A stretch of DNA of 64,000 nucleotides from the human T2T-CHM13v2.0 reference genome, Homo sapiens. The DNA lies in NCBI RefSeq assembly GCF_009914755.1, contig NC_060942.1. One strand, written 5' to 3'. Under the pieces are notes generated by a model. It searched no databases. It saw only the letters and a list, made by a program, of their open reading frames with translations, and was not told where the DNA came from. Shown here piece by piece: positions 1 through 13,329 of this stretch; within the stretch, counting starts at the first letter, position 1, and each line of letters opens with the position of its first letter. Position numbers and translations under genes: made by a program.

Positions 1-809
1 TCAATCATATAGTAAACATAATTCCATCTGGATTATATATCTTGAAGGAGTCATAAAATTGTGATCTTAATTCCTATGTGTTGAGATTAAAGTTTATAGG
101 TTATTATAATTTAATTTAAACTTAGTGTAAAGATTGCCCATCTGTTTTGGTATTTCAAGCATATCAATTATGAAATAGTCAAACTAAGGTAATTAGATAA
201 GCCATCAATATGGTGATGCCTGAGTGATAATGCTTTTATATTAATGTGAAGTTAAATTTTAAGAGGAACACGCATAGATAACATGAAATTATCTAAAGAC
301 AAAAATAATCTAGTGATGGATTTAAAACAAGTTGCATAAGCCAGAATATGTGTGGGTGTTATATGGTGTATACATGAGGAAAATACTATGCTCTTTGTTA
401 ATATTCCCTTGTTTAATAGTACTGCTTACATTACTTTCAGTTTAGCCCTATAAAGTGTTCTGATTTATCATATTGACTATGGGTGTAGCGCATACAATAG
501 GAAGACAAATATCACTGTTGGCATATTTCTTCAGACATTAAATATAAAATTTATAATTTTATTTCCATTAAGAACAACTTGTTATTTAAGTTGTTAATTT
601 TTAGGTGTTCTCTACTGTAACTTCTCAAAAATATGCACATATGCACCTATCAATGTTATTTAACACTACTTGGATTTGGAAAGTAGTGGTTTTATCTTCC
701 TTAAGATATTGAAATATATTACTCCACCTCATGTTAAGTTTTGGTAGAAAAGTATATCTAAGCTTCTATTTTCCTTCCATTTTTATTCTCTAGGAGTCTT
801 TTACTTTAT

Positions 810-1180
810 CTGCATAATTTCCCTGCAAGATCTCATCTGTTGTTTATGACTTTATCTACCACTTCTTTACCAATGACTTCTAAATCTAAAATTGCAATTA
901 AAACCTTTTCCTAAGTCCACATTTCCAAGTGGCTACTGGACATAACAACCTACATATCCCACGATTACTTCCTAGGCATTATATCCGAAACTGTGCACTT
1001 TAACTTCCCATGCAATCACTTCTCCAGCCATAATTTGCTGTTTCCTGAAATCCTGATCTTAATTAATGATGCTTTCATTTATCCAGTTTCCTGAGTTAGA
1101 GACTCAGGAGAATCATAATCAACCGTCCCCTTTTTATTATCTCATGTCTATAACCCAGGACCAAGTCTTATACAGTCTAA
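810..1180 (+). mobile_element. L2 LINE fragment (degenerate)
   Basis: tctcatc...tatctaccac...caatgacttctaaatcta...tggctactggacat resembles the L2 3' ORF region; boundaries approximate. Confidence 0.55.
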
Positions 1181-1184
1181 TTTT

Positions 1185-1530
1185 GTTTATGAATAAAAAC
1201 TTAATAATCTGTTGGATGCCTTCTATCTACTAGGCTAGACGGTCATCTGGGTGCTGGGAATATATCAACAGAAAAAATAAACATGATCCCTGCCCTCATG
1301 GGATTTCCAGGGCTGCGAAGGAAGGATAGGCAAGAGGAAGGATAAAATATATAAAAAAAAAAATTATTTCATGCAGTGATAACCATTAATAATGAAAAAA
1401 ATGGGTGATGTAAACTAATGATTGGGGATGGGTGTTCAAGAGGGAAGGTCTTTCTGAGAAAAACATGTAAACCGATAAGCCATCAAAAGAATGATTTTAA
1501 AAAGGCAGTCATGTGAAGACATAGGCTAAG
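1185..1530 (-). mobile_element. L2 3'-end fragment
   Basis: gtgctgggaatata...aaacatgatccctgccctcatgg is the typical reverse-complement L2 3' end; boundaries approximate. Confidence 0.55.
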
Positions 1531-1769
1531 TGCATGTGTGCGTGTACATATGTGTGTGTCCACACTACACAGAAATACATCCTACATTTGCTATAAAACT
1601 TTCTTTGTATCCAAAGATTTCTGACTATGCTCTTGAGGATTTTGTTTAATTGTGCCACGTAGTATTCACATAGTTTAGAACTTCTTTTAACAACATGAAA
1701 TTACAACACTATTTTTTTCTGGCACAATGAACATTCTTAATTTATGGCCCCAAATGCACTCTCTAACAC

Positions 1770-2195
1770 TGTTTCCTGGGGGTATACCCACTGTGAACTT
1801 AAGTAAGCTGGGCTTACTTGCTCTCTGGACTCTAGGGTTTCAAATCAGTGAAACACACCGACAAGAGTCTAGTGTTTGAAAGATAACAGTGCGTGGCCTA
1901 TTTATTTCCCGGTATCCTTTCCTGCCATGTCATGGTTGGGCAGATGCTGTGTTTCCCCATGGCAGAACCTGGATCCTGACAGACATTCCCTCTCCCAGGG
2001 CCTCAGTTCCCTCCCATTGCTCCTCCTAGCTCTCAGTGGTGAGGGTTCCTCTCTCTTGCTAGTCCTTCACCATCTCATCTTGATTTCCCTAACCCACCCC
2101 ACGCCTATGTAAATAGCCCATTTATTAGATACTCTTCAATTATTTATTTTGAATATATTATTAATATCTCTCTCCTGCTGAGACCCAGGATGACG
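1770..2195 (+). mobile_element. Old ERVL-type solo LTR (LTR33-like)
   Basis: gtaaatagcccatttatta...tcctgctgagaccc resembles the LTR33-family 3' end; GC locally raised. Confidence 0.45.
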
Positions 2196-2559
2196 GTGTT
2201 GTTCACTATTGAGCCAACTGGTGAGCAATGAGTATACCTCTCCAAATGTTTGTTCCTTCAGTATTAAAACTCATTTTGGGGGTTTTGGTGTGGTTTGGCT
2301 AGTATTCTGAGCCATTACTACTAGTTCTTCCCAAATTCTCTAACAAAAGTATACAACCCTCTTGGAATATTTTCCATGTTGTCAAATATATTAGGTGTTG
2401 CATCACTTAATATTTCCCGGTACACCTATCTCCTGGAGACTTCTTATTCCAATCTGGAAAGACTGTTCTCCAGGCCTGCCACACAGCATCATTCTTTAAC
2501 CTCCTTTCCCTTCAGTCTCTCTCTTCTCGGCTATAATTTGGGTGAGCAGGAATTTTATT

Positions 2560-3850
2560 CAGAATTTTACAGGCTTTGCACCCATGATTTTTAGTGTTTG
2601 GGACAGTTTTTGTTGGTTGACATATTTGGCTTTCCGATTCTTTATATGTGCTCCTCCCCCCCACCCCACCCTCTGGAATGTTTAAGATTTTGCCTTTATT
2701 TCATGTGTTCCAGAACTTTCATGATAATATGACTGCCATGGTCTTTTCTTTTGCATTTACTATCCTGGTAATTTTATGTGCTCTTTCAGTCTGGTAATGC
2801 ATATCCTTCATTTCTGAGAAATGTTCTCTCTCTCTTTTTGTTTGGATAATTTCTTTCCCTCTGCTTTTTCTCTTTCTCTAACTCTCATTAGCCAGATGCT
2901 CACCCTCCTAAATTGACCCTCTACAATATATTTTTTACCTTTCTACTTTATTTTCTATTTTTTGTCTATTTAAAAAGAAAACTCTGAGTGATTTAACAAA
3001 TGATCTTCCACTTATTTAAAAAAGTTCTATCATACACAGTATATGTTTTTGTATCCCAGGAGTTCTTTTTTGCTTGCTGTTCTTTTTCATGCATTTGCTA
3101 TTTACTTCAAGGATGAAATATGATTTTGCTTTATCTTTCTGAGGATATAAATTATATTTTGCTTTAAAATTTCCTTCTATACTATGTCTTGCTTCTGATA
3201 TTTAAGTGCCAGGACTATAATTTCCCCCCTCTGGCTTCTTCGTTTCTGGGGAACAATTCTAGTCTTTTCAGTGGAGGATATAATCAGACTGTCTCCATAC
3301 TTGTGGCTAAAAACTGAAAAAAGGCCTGCAGCAGAGATGTATAGCTTTCAGCTTGAATAATTTAATTTATTCTGCCCATTTTTAGCATATTTTTCCACTA
3401 TTATTGTTTCTGGTATCCTGAGTTTAGACCTTTTTGCCTTTATTTCACTACATAATGAACCCTCCATTTCCTACTTGGGTAGGAAAATAATGTCTCCTGG
3501 CAATACAGAATTGGGGATGGGACCTGGGTCTAACAACTTGTTAGATACACTTTAGTCAATTCTCTTATTTTCATATTTGTATAAGTCAATTCTCTATAAT
3601 ATGTAGTGTCTTCAGTTCTTAGACTTTCCAGAGTCGACAGAGACTGAGTGGCTTCTAATTGATGTCACCCTATAGTCAGTTAGGGGGCAGATTTTCATTT
3701 TCCAAAATTGAGTTGAAATGTCTCATCCTTTCCTGAGTCCTTCCTCATTCTCAATCTTTTTGTAAATCTAAACTTTATATATTCACTTATAGTCATTATA
3801 GTAGCATTTTGGAAGGAAGTACAAATAAAATGCAAGGATTCAATTTTCCA
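2560..3850 (-). mobile_element. Ancient L1M fragment
   Basis: T-rich tract with motifs such as tcagtctggtaatgcatatccttcatttctgagaaatgttctc typical of antisense L1M ORF1/5' region; boundaries approximate. Confidence 0.5.
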
Positions 3851-4659
3851 TATCAAAAGGCATGCACACTTTAAAACCTTAATATATGTATGAAATTATA
3901 GATAGGACAAATTTTCTAATATAATATAGTTAGAATCAGGATAGGTACATTAAGTTTTTATTTGTATCTTTTAATTTCAGCTTCTTGACATTTGAAAGGC
4001 TTTAAAATGTGAGATGGTAAACTCCATCTGAAAACTTTGATAGAAAAAGATAATCTAAAATATGCAAACAGAAAGACTGCATTTTTTCTACCATAATGGC
4101 AACATAAGCCTTTTGTTCCTTTGTTCTTCAATCTGTGAAATCAGAGTTTAATAATGTCTGATTCATAGGGATGTTGTGTGGATTAAGGTAATATGACAAT
4201 CAGCATAGTTTCTGACACAGAGCAAATGCTCAATAAATATTACTCTCTTCTACTAGGTATAATATACTTTTATTCATGTGACCTAAGATGACATTATAAA
4301 TATTTTGCCTAATTCATCTATGCATTAGGTCCCCATTGTATGCAACCATAACTCTTTTGTTAGACTAAAATCAATTATAATTAATTGCAAAAGTGTTACC
4401 TGTTTTCCCTGCTAACATGAAAGCTCACTGGAAGCAGATATTCTTTCTCTACTATTCACCAAAACTACAGTGTCTTGATCAGTATATGTGTTCAGTAAGT
4501 ATTTAATAAACGTTTTATCTCATTATATCTCTATTTTTTACGGGTGCCAAAGTTAGGACATTTATTCTTCACTTTGTATGTATAGGTAAACTTGTATACT
4601 TAAGTGTTAGGCTATATTTTTAGGCCTATTAAATTCATCTTGTGAAATACCAGCCTGTA

Positions 4660-4734
4660 ATGAAATTGTTCAAATTATCTTTCCATCAACATTGCATGAA
4701 ATTGTTCAAATTATCTTTCCATTAACATTGCATG
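4660..4734. repeat. 36-bp tandem duplication (2.1 copies, 1 mismatch)
   Basis: atgaaattgttcaaattatctttccat(c/t)aacattgc at 4660-4695 and 4696-4731. Confidence 0.95.
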
Positions 4735-5432
4735 TTGTTTAGTCTTCCCCTTCCCTCTTCATATCCCTGTTTCTTCTTATCACACAATTGTTCAGTACCC
4801 TACCAATACATTATCTGTCTCATTAATTTAAATATTGAGTAACAAAGGGGATAGGGCTTAGGCCCATGACATGCAATGCAAAACCTTTTTTCTAGTTAGA
4901 TTAATCCAATCATCAGTGTTTGGATGTCGTCATTCCATTAGATGTGAACCATCCTAACGATACTATATTTCAGTACACACTACTTTATTTTGTCAAATGA
5001 TTTGTTCTACTTCTAGAAAACCACAATGGTCCACCTTTTTAATAGTTCCATCACAAAGAAAATGAGGTGAGTTTAGTATGTGTTGTTTCTCAACACTTTT
5101 AACCCATTTTAAAAGGTTTAACGACTTATGTTGCCATTATGGTAGAAAAAATGCAGTCTTTCTGTTTGCATATTTTAGACATATCCAGGGTCACACAACT
5201 ATAAGCACAGAAACTGAAATCTAAACCTGTGAACTTCCACTCCAGAGTTGGAAGAATTCACTACTCTGCCATACTGAGCAAGTCAAAGGCTCCTTGGGTG
5301 CCACACTATGAGACACACAATAAACTAAACCTATGTGTGTGAAAAAAGCAGGTTCCTGGAAGATCTCAAAACTTAAAAATGAACCCACATGAATAGGAGG
5401 TTTTTAATTAGTGCAGAGAAGACAAAGGGTAA

Positions 5433-7140
5433 TAGTCACTCATTTATTCTACATATATTTATGTAATGCCCACTGTGTGCTTGGTAATGACCCAGTGTAG
5501 AGAATAAACATAGCACGAAGTGCCTTCTCTCAGAGGTTTGTCTTCTAATGCAGAAATGAACAAACATTTATTTACAAAGTAAATATTTAAAATATGCATT
5601 TTATAGGACAGTAAATAGCACCAAAAAGAAATAAAAAGCATGAAAGGAGGATATAAAATTTGAGGGATAATGCTTTGGAATTTTAAATGGGATGGCCAGG
5701 AAAGACCACACTGAAAAGGTGGTTTTTGAGTAAAGAAGGAAGCAAAGGAGCAAGCCACGTGAATGCTGGGGTGGGGATAGCATTCTAAGTAGAAGGAATA
5801 AGTGCAAAGACCCTGAGACAGGATCATAGCCACTGTGTCAAAACACTACAAGGAAGTCTGTGTGGTAGGAAATTATAGGAGAGGAGGTGAGAGAAGGGAC
5901 ACAAAGTCTAAGTGCAGCCTTTTAGAGCCTAGTAAAGACTTTGGTGCTCTCTCTTAATAAGATGGAAAGCCACTGGAAGTTTTCAGTCAAATAATAATGA
6001 CATAAACTGAAATTTTTTAACAAGATTACTCTGGCAACATATAAACAACAGACTAAATGAGGGATAAGAGCAAGAGGAAGAGGATGACTGGCTAGGAAGT
6101 CATTGTAATAATTCAGATGAGTCATGATGGTGAGTTGGAAAAGGACAAAAGGTAAGAACAGTGTGGGCAGATTGACTTTTGGACATATTTTGAAGGTAGT
6201 GCCAAAGGATTGATGTGTAATGTGAAAAGAAGGGGGAACTCAATGGTAACCCCAAGGATTCTGGTCAGGCCAACTGTAAGAATGAAGGACATTAACTGGG
6301 TTGGGGTTGATATTGTGAGGTCTGTTTTGTACACATTATGTTTACTCCATTTAACATCCATCCAAGAGTACATGCTGAGGAAGTGGTTGGATATATGGAT
6401 CTGGAGTTCAGGGAGGAGTCCTGGCTGGGCATATCAATTTGTGAGTCATCACATTACAGATGGTATTGAAAGTGGTGGGACTACAGGAGAAAAGAGAAGA
6501 GGTCTAAAGCCAGGAGCACTCTAAATTTTAGAATTAGAGGACAAGGAGAAACCAGCATAGGCAAGTGAGATGGAACTGCAAGGAAGCAGGAAAAGAATTC
6601 GTATGTTGTTTTAAAAGTAAATTGCAGCACAAATTCTCAAGGAAAACAAAGTAATCAACCGTGACAAATGCCCCTGATAGTGCAAGTAAGACGAGAACTA
6701 AGAAATAGACCATTGGCTCTAGAAATGTGGAAGTCATCAGTGGACTTTTAAGGGAATAACTTTGGTGACGGGGTGGTAGCAAAAACCTGACTTGGTTCAG
6801 GATGAAATCAAAGGAGAGAATTTGGCAATAGTCATTTAAGACAACATTTTTAAGGACTACTGTTGTAAAGGGAAAGAGAAATGTGGAAACTGAGGGAAGG
6901 TGTAGATAATATTTTATTTTTTTTGCTTTTCGGTTTGTTTGCTTTCTTTTGGTTGTGGTAGGAGAATAGTATTTACACATGCTGATGGGAAGAATCCAGT
7001 GTAAAGGGGAAAGTGATCCTGGAGGAGAGAGAGCAGGGAGAATTGCTGGAATAGGCGAGAGGCGATGGGATGCAGTAAATAAGGAGACGGACTGCTCTGC
7101 TAGAGGCATGAAATGCTCATCCTAAATAAGAGTGGAGAAG
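5433..7140 (-). mobile_element. L2 (L2a-like) long fragment, ~1.7 kb
   Basis: Starts with an L2 3' tail (cactcatttattc...tttatgtaatgcccactgtgtg), followed by purine-rich antisense L2 motifs (ggaaagccactggaag, gatatatggatctggagttcagggaggagtcctggctgg). Explains the ORF calls at 5459-7109. Confidence 0.8.
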
Positions 7141-9012
7141 GCGAGATATATGGCTTCTAATAATTTATTTAAATATATGAAGAACTGTCTTATGAAAGAG
7201 GAGATACTTATTTTGTGTCATGAAATAGCGTAGAATATAGCAAAAGGGTGAATATTACAGAACAACAGAAATAAAGAAATTTCAATAAATGATATTTGGA
7301 ACTAGTAGGGCTCTCCTTGAAAAGTAGTAAGGTCTCTCTCCTGGGAACCAGGTAACAAAGTCAATTCCTCTTTGGTGCTTACTCTGAGTCACGCACTAGG
7401 TTGTATGCAATGTATACATGATTTCATTTAGTTTTCACACTTCTACAAGATAAAATTTATTCCCAAATTGCAAAGGAGGAATCAAAGTCACATGGATTGA
7501 GTTCCAACATTATCGAGTACAGAGTAGCACAGCAGTGGGGGAGGTGTCTAAGTGACTCCCAAAGCTATGGTCTAACAACACTAAGTGACTGAAGGTTAAG
7601 GATGCAGTAGAGCAAGTTTAACTATTTTCAGGGAGAGTGTAAGAGTGATAGAGTAAACATTTTTCAATTTTTTGGAGTGCTATGCTTCTATTTTCTGATT
7701 GGGGAAAGTTAGTCTCAGTTTCCCATCTTATTCCAAGCTCTAGAATGACTCTCTATGTTTCATGAGTTCTAAATAAATGATTAAATTCATCTTGCATATT
7801 CCAGATAATGGCCTGTGTATAGGAAGCACTTAATATTTATTAAATTGAATTGAAGATGACAAGCAGGTAACTCTTCAGCCTCTCGGGCTGCAATTCTGGC
7901 CTTTCTCCATTAGGGACCGGCGGCTCATCAGAGAACAATCTTTATCAGGTGTACTCTGTCAAAGTCATCTGGGAACTCTTTTATAGGTGGCTAGGATAGG
8001 TTGAAGGAAAATGGTATCCAAAGCAACTCTTACCCACTCAGTGAACCACAAGTATAAATTAATTTTGTTAGGCAATTAAGAAAGCAAATGGCAAAAATAA
8101 AAAGAGAAGTCTGATTACATAGTTTTAATATCCAATGCTTATTTACTTTAATGTAAAATCTGTGCCAATATTCAAATTAAAAATGTACTATTTTCATATC
8201 TGTTTTGCTAGTAAACAAAACGTTGTATAATAATTGCTAAATATAAATATTATTTAGACATGCCTAGTACTAAATGTATCTATGTTTAGGTATAACTTCA
8301 GATGTTTATAGGCAAACATTCAAACTTGTTTTTTAATCTTCTAAACTTAGCTATTTGTCCTAAAGTATAGCTTCAAGTAAAACATTCAATTAGAAAGGAT
8401 AGGGTGTTTTTATTCTAAAATAGTCATTAAAATAAAAGCAATCAAAGTGAAAAACAATGGAACTACATAGACTATTTCTCCATGAATTCAGCATTATCTT
8501 TACTTGAAAACCTCTCTTTGATGGGATTTGTTCTGTTTGTTTCAACCCAGGCACTATGCAGAAGGCTGGATTTGCTGATAAGCAGCTTTTTTTTCATTTT
8601 ATTACAACTATCAGCAAGGTAATTAATAATTTTTAATTACCAGGAGCCTAGATTATGCAAATGAACTATAACTTTCTTTCCTCCTCCTTTGCCTTTTGTG
8701 AGGTCTTGCAAAAGAAATGACGGGCACAGTTGTGTGTGTAGATCTGTGAACTGTGGGCAAGTATGCTGAACTACTGTTCAGCAGCTTGTCCAGAGTTTCA
8801 GTAAAATTTTGAGCCCAGTACTACCCCCTCCTTTTATCCTGCTGTGTTTGGATGGATGAAGGGGTACAGTTCTGTCTGATCTCAGGAATCCACATAAATT
8901 AGGTAATATTAATTTCTATAAAGCTTTTTGAGTAGTGTAAAATGCTATACAGATAGGGTATATAAAACAAAATCCAACATGATCGTCTTAAACTCTATAG
9001 AAGGCTAATTTT

Positions 9013-9321
9013 AATTAATTAATTAATGTTTTTACAACAGGGTCTCACTGTTGCCCTTGTTGGAGTGCAGTGGTGTAATCATAGCTCACTGCAAGCTCGA
9101 ATTCCTGGGCTTACTAATCCTCCCTCCTCAGCCTCCCCAGTAGCTGGGACTACAGGTGGGTGCTACTACACCTAGTTAATTTTTTTTTTATTTTAATGCT
9201 TAGTAGAGATGAGGTCTCGCTATTTTGCCCAGGCTGGCCTCAAACTCCTAGGTTTCTGCAATCCTTCCTCCTCAGCCTCACAAGGTGCCAGGATTATAGG
9301 TGTGAGCCACTGCATCCAGCC
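9013..9321 (-). mobile_element. AluJ (Jo-like)
   Basis: Full dimer in antisense with J-type atcatagctcactgca; TSD agaaggctaatttt at 8999-9012 and 9322-9335. Confidence 0.93.
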
Positions 9322-12033
9322 AGAAGGCTAATTTTTAAATAAGAACCTTGTTCTGAAATATACACCTTTTGGGGATTGCTAATTGAAGCTGTCTTTTCCT
9401 TACTGGGTTTTCTCACTCCTGCCTCAACTGCTTTAAACACATTTTATGAACTGTGGGTTTTCAGAACACTTAATCCCAGGCATTCTTCATTTTAAATGAT
9501 TTTATTTTATTGTTGTCATCGTACAAACATCTTATTCTAGTTTAGGGACTCTGGCCTCATTTTAAAATTAAACGTATCTTTGCTATGGCCAAACATGAAT
9601 AACGTGTTTACCTATTAATATTTTGGGACCCAAAGGCTTATTTCCCCTCAGGACTTGTCAGGAATGACAGACAGCTCAGTTCAAAATGAGTACTGATAGA
9701 TTCATGCCAAGAGGGGGAAAAATCTGCTCAATTGTTCCCCTTTCATGTTCTGCACTGAGCAAGGCTGCTGGTTTCAAAGCAGCTCACAGGAATCACACAA
9801 AATGTTGAAATTTTAAAAAGGAAGTACCTTAATTCAGTGGTTGGTTAAAGATGAGGTTCATAATTCAGCATGAGTTGAACTTACATTCATACACTCACTG
9901 ATGTGTATTCATATATTTATTCGTATGTTATTAATATATTCTTACTGATATATATGTTATTTATAATATAGCAAGTATCCTCTCAAGGGCAAAACCACAT
10001 CTTCACCCATGCTAAGATCTAGAAAAGGGAAGTATCAAATTTAAACAGCATTCTTATTCCTATTCTTTTAACATAATTTTCTGTCTACTAAAGAAACGTG
10101 TAAAGGAGGCAGTGTCTGTGCATTTGTGCCATTTGGAAGAAGTAAAACATCTAAAGACTAAACTTACTTTTCATTCAAATTATTTTTTGAAGAATCAGCA
10201 AGGCTTTAATTTTTAATGCAAAAATTTTGGCATATATGTTTGGGTGATAAGACACTTGCCAAAAACTAGGTGAATCAAAAATCCTGTCAAACTCAACTTC
10301 CTCTAGGGACCAAGCGAAACTAAAGAGGTCTGACTATTGAACAATAGGAAGTTATGAAGACAGTGCTAAATTCAAGAGCATTCAAATGTAACATTTTGCA
10401 ACAACGTTCAGGCCAAATAAAACACTTTTGCCACTTACTACCCTATAGATAGATAGGTTAATAATATAGATAGATTAGTATCTATTAGTAATCTATATAT
10501 AGAGATTACTAATAAATAAATGATTAAATAAAATACCTTTTATTTTTATGTATTTTATGTATTTTATTTTTGCAGAATACTGGAGCAGTGTTTTTTAGGA
10601 CTTGTTGAAGTAAATCATTTGTCTCAAATCAAGGGTAGATTGAATTATTTCTGGAAATACTTGTAAGACCTAATGAGCGTGTCATCTTTGGGTTGGACCC
10701 TGTTGCCATTGCTATAGCACAGCTCCCGGCACTCTTAAGTTGATCTAAAAGCATCCACAGCATTTTTTACACATCTGAGCTTCTAAGAACAAGGGACCCT
10801 GATGTGTCACAAAAACAAGGAGGCATGCCCTTTCCTCCTTGTGAGTGGAGAGCTCAGGTAAAAATTGAGGGAAGGAATTTGAACCCAGGCAGCCCTGGTG
10901 TTTACCCCCTGAGCCTTGAACAGGGCTAGACCTGGGCTGCTGTTGGGCTTGCATTGATGCTAACTTGCATATAACTTTTCAGAAACGCTGCCTTCAGTGG
11001 TCACTTCCATAATGCATAAGTCACTGCTGAATATTTTAAGAGCTTTCATATTTAGAGGAAAACAATGGGGCACATAAACAAAAGACATGTATAGATTATT
11101 TTTAGTTTGACTTTAGAACGGAAGATATAATTTAAGGCTTGTTTAGCCCTTTACAGCTATGAATGACAGTACTTTTCAAGAAGCAGCTCCTTAGTAACTG
11201 GCTTCTTCATCATCATTAAGAAGTGCTTATTTGCAGTGTAATTACAGTGGGCTCCAATTAGAGGATGTGTACAGGGTATGCATATGTGAATCACTGGGTA
11301 ACAGCTTTGTCTCTAGACAATGCCCTTTTAAATCTATATTGAATTTGCATCTTAAACTGAATAACTATGATTACAACTAAGCAAAACATTTAGGAAAAAT
11401 GATTAAGAGCATTTAAAAATAGATGGGGGGCTGTGTGTGTATGTGTGAAACATTTTACCTTTTTAACAATAACAACATAATAGACTACGTATATTTTCTA
11501 CATTCATGAAAGAGCAATCATGTACCTATTGGTTCATGTTTCACCTTATTCTTTTTAAATGACAACTCCAATACTTATGCTCTGCATATCTATCATTGAT
11601 TTTAGATTACTGTAATTTCTTCATATTTTGATACAAAATTTCATATTGTATAAGAGTTTTTATATAGTATGTATGAGGGACATAGAGAGAGGGAAGGAGA
11701 GAGGGAAGATGAGAGAGAGACGAGACAGAAGGAGAGAGAGGTCTATTACAGTCTCCTGATGTTAAAATTTGTGCAACTTAAAAATACAAAAAAAATGAAT
11801 ATATTGGTTGTACCCCAAATCTTTAAATAAATAAAACTCTAAAATAATGTGTAAGTAGTTTTCCCTCACTTAAAGAGAGTTGGTGGTAGTTATATATTTT
11901 GCATCTGTAAATACACTTTAAATTATGTGCCTTCAATATTTCTGCTGGTAAATTCTTATTAGGTATAGCTAATGAGCATAAAGCCATACATGCATTCTTC
12001 AAAAAGTGCAATGTAAAAACTGGAGTTAGCTTA

Positions 12034-12910
12034 TGTTATGGATTGAATTTGCCTACATGAAGAACCAGCACTTGATGATTTGGAAAATGTTTCAGATAGC
12101 ATGCTCTGAAAACAGGTGTGGCTGGACAACTATACACTAAAGAGATTAGGTATGTGATTTATGGGTCCAATCAACCATTTTAGTAGACTCCAGGAAGAGA
12201 GATGAGATTATTCAGGAAGAATGTGTAAAGAATACTCATGTCTAATAGTGTGGATTACCTTGACATGCACAGGAGACTGACAAAGTTTTTGAAAATTTTA
12301 TACCAGCAGAAAAACTGTCAGCCCAGACTGAAAAGGGACAGAGATGGGATTGAATGAAACAAGAATGATTCCAAGGGCAAAGCAATGAGCCCAGAGGTTG
12401 AGGCCAGCCAGCTGGACATCATTGGCGAAGAGGTCGCGGCCACTGCCCAGGCTGGCCAAGAGGAAGGTGCAGTCGGCCAGGTGGGACAGGAAGACAGAGC
12501 ATGGGGCTACAGATGATTATTCTCAGTCCTAGTAAACTAATGGAATTGACCCTGCTGACTTTTAAACTTGCTTGGGAACTCTGATCCATTTTTTCCCTTT
12601 GGGATGGAAATGTCCATCCTATGTCTGTCCCACCATTGTCTTTTAGAAGCAGGTAACATGTTTTCTAGGTTTCACAGGTCTATAGATGGAGTGAAATTTT
12701 GCCCCAGGATGGACCATATCCAGAGTCTTACTCACACTGGATTGAGATGATTTAAAGACAATATTTGGGACTTCTTGAGTTGAATATTTTTAGAGGAGAT
12801 TGGACTTAGAGTTGATGCTGGATGAATTAAGATTTCTGGGGATGTTGGGATAGGTGGATAGATTTTTCAAGTTAGAAGGACATGAATTGTGGAGGGTGCA
12901 AAGAATATAT
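12034..12910 (+). mobile_element. MaLR MLT1 internal sequence
   Basis: gattattctcag...aatggaattgaccctgctg...tgtctgtcccaccattgt...gacatgaattgtggaggg (PPT) directly precedes an MLT1 LTR. Confidence 0.7.
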
Positions 12911-13323
12911 TGCTATGGGTTGAATTGTGTCCCCACAAAAAGTATGTTGAAGTCCTAATCCCTGATACCTATCAATGTGATCTGAATTGAAAAAAGGGAC
13001 TTTGCAAGTAAATCTAGTTAAGATGAGGCAATACTGAATTAGGGTGGACCCTACTTCAAAATAACTTGTATTCTTTTAGGAAGAGGAGAAGAGACACAGA
13101 CAGAAACAGGGATTGGAATTTTGCTGCCAAAAACCAAGGAATGTCTGGGCTACTAGAAGCAGCAAAGAAGGATCCTCCCCTAGAGGTTTTTGAGGGAGCA
13201 GGGCCCTTCTAATACTTTGATTTTGGACTTTTAACCTCCAGAATTGTGAGAGAATAAAATTCTGCTATTTTAAATCACTGAGTTTGTGGTACTTTGTGTT
13301 GGCAGCCCTAGAAAGCCAGTAAT
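12911..13323 (+). mobile_element. MLT1 LTR (MLT1C-like)
   Basis: tgctatgggttgaattgtgtcccc start, aagatgagg...ttagggtgg core, cctccagaattgtgagagaataaa...ggcagccctag end. Confidence 0.85.
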
Positions 13324-13329
13324 GTCCAC

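Noticed and set aside
6534-7109. 191-aa minus ORF (longest in the track)
   Set aside because: Lies within a decayed L2; low-complexity Leu/Phe/Ser composition, no recognisable gene structure.
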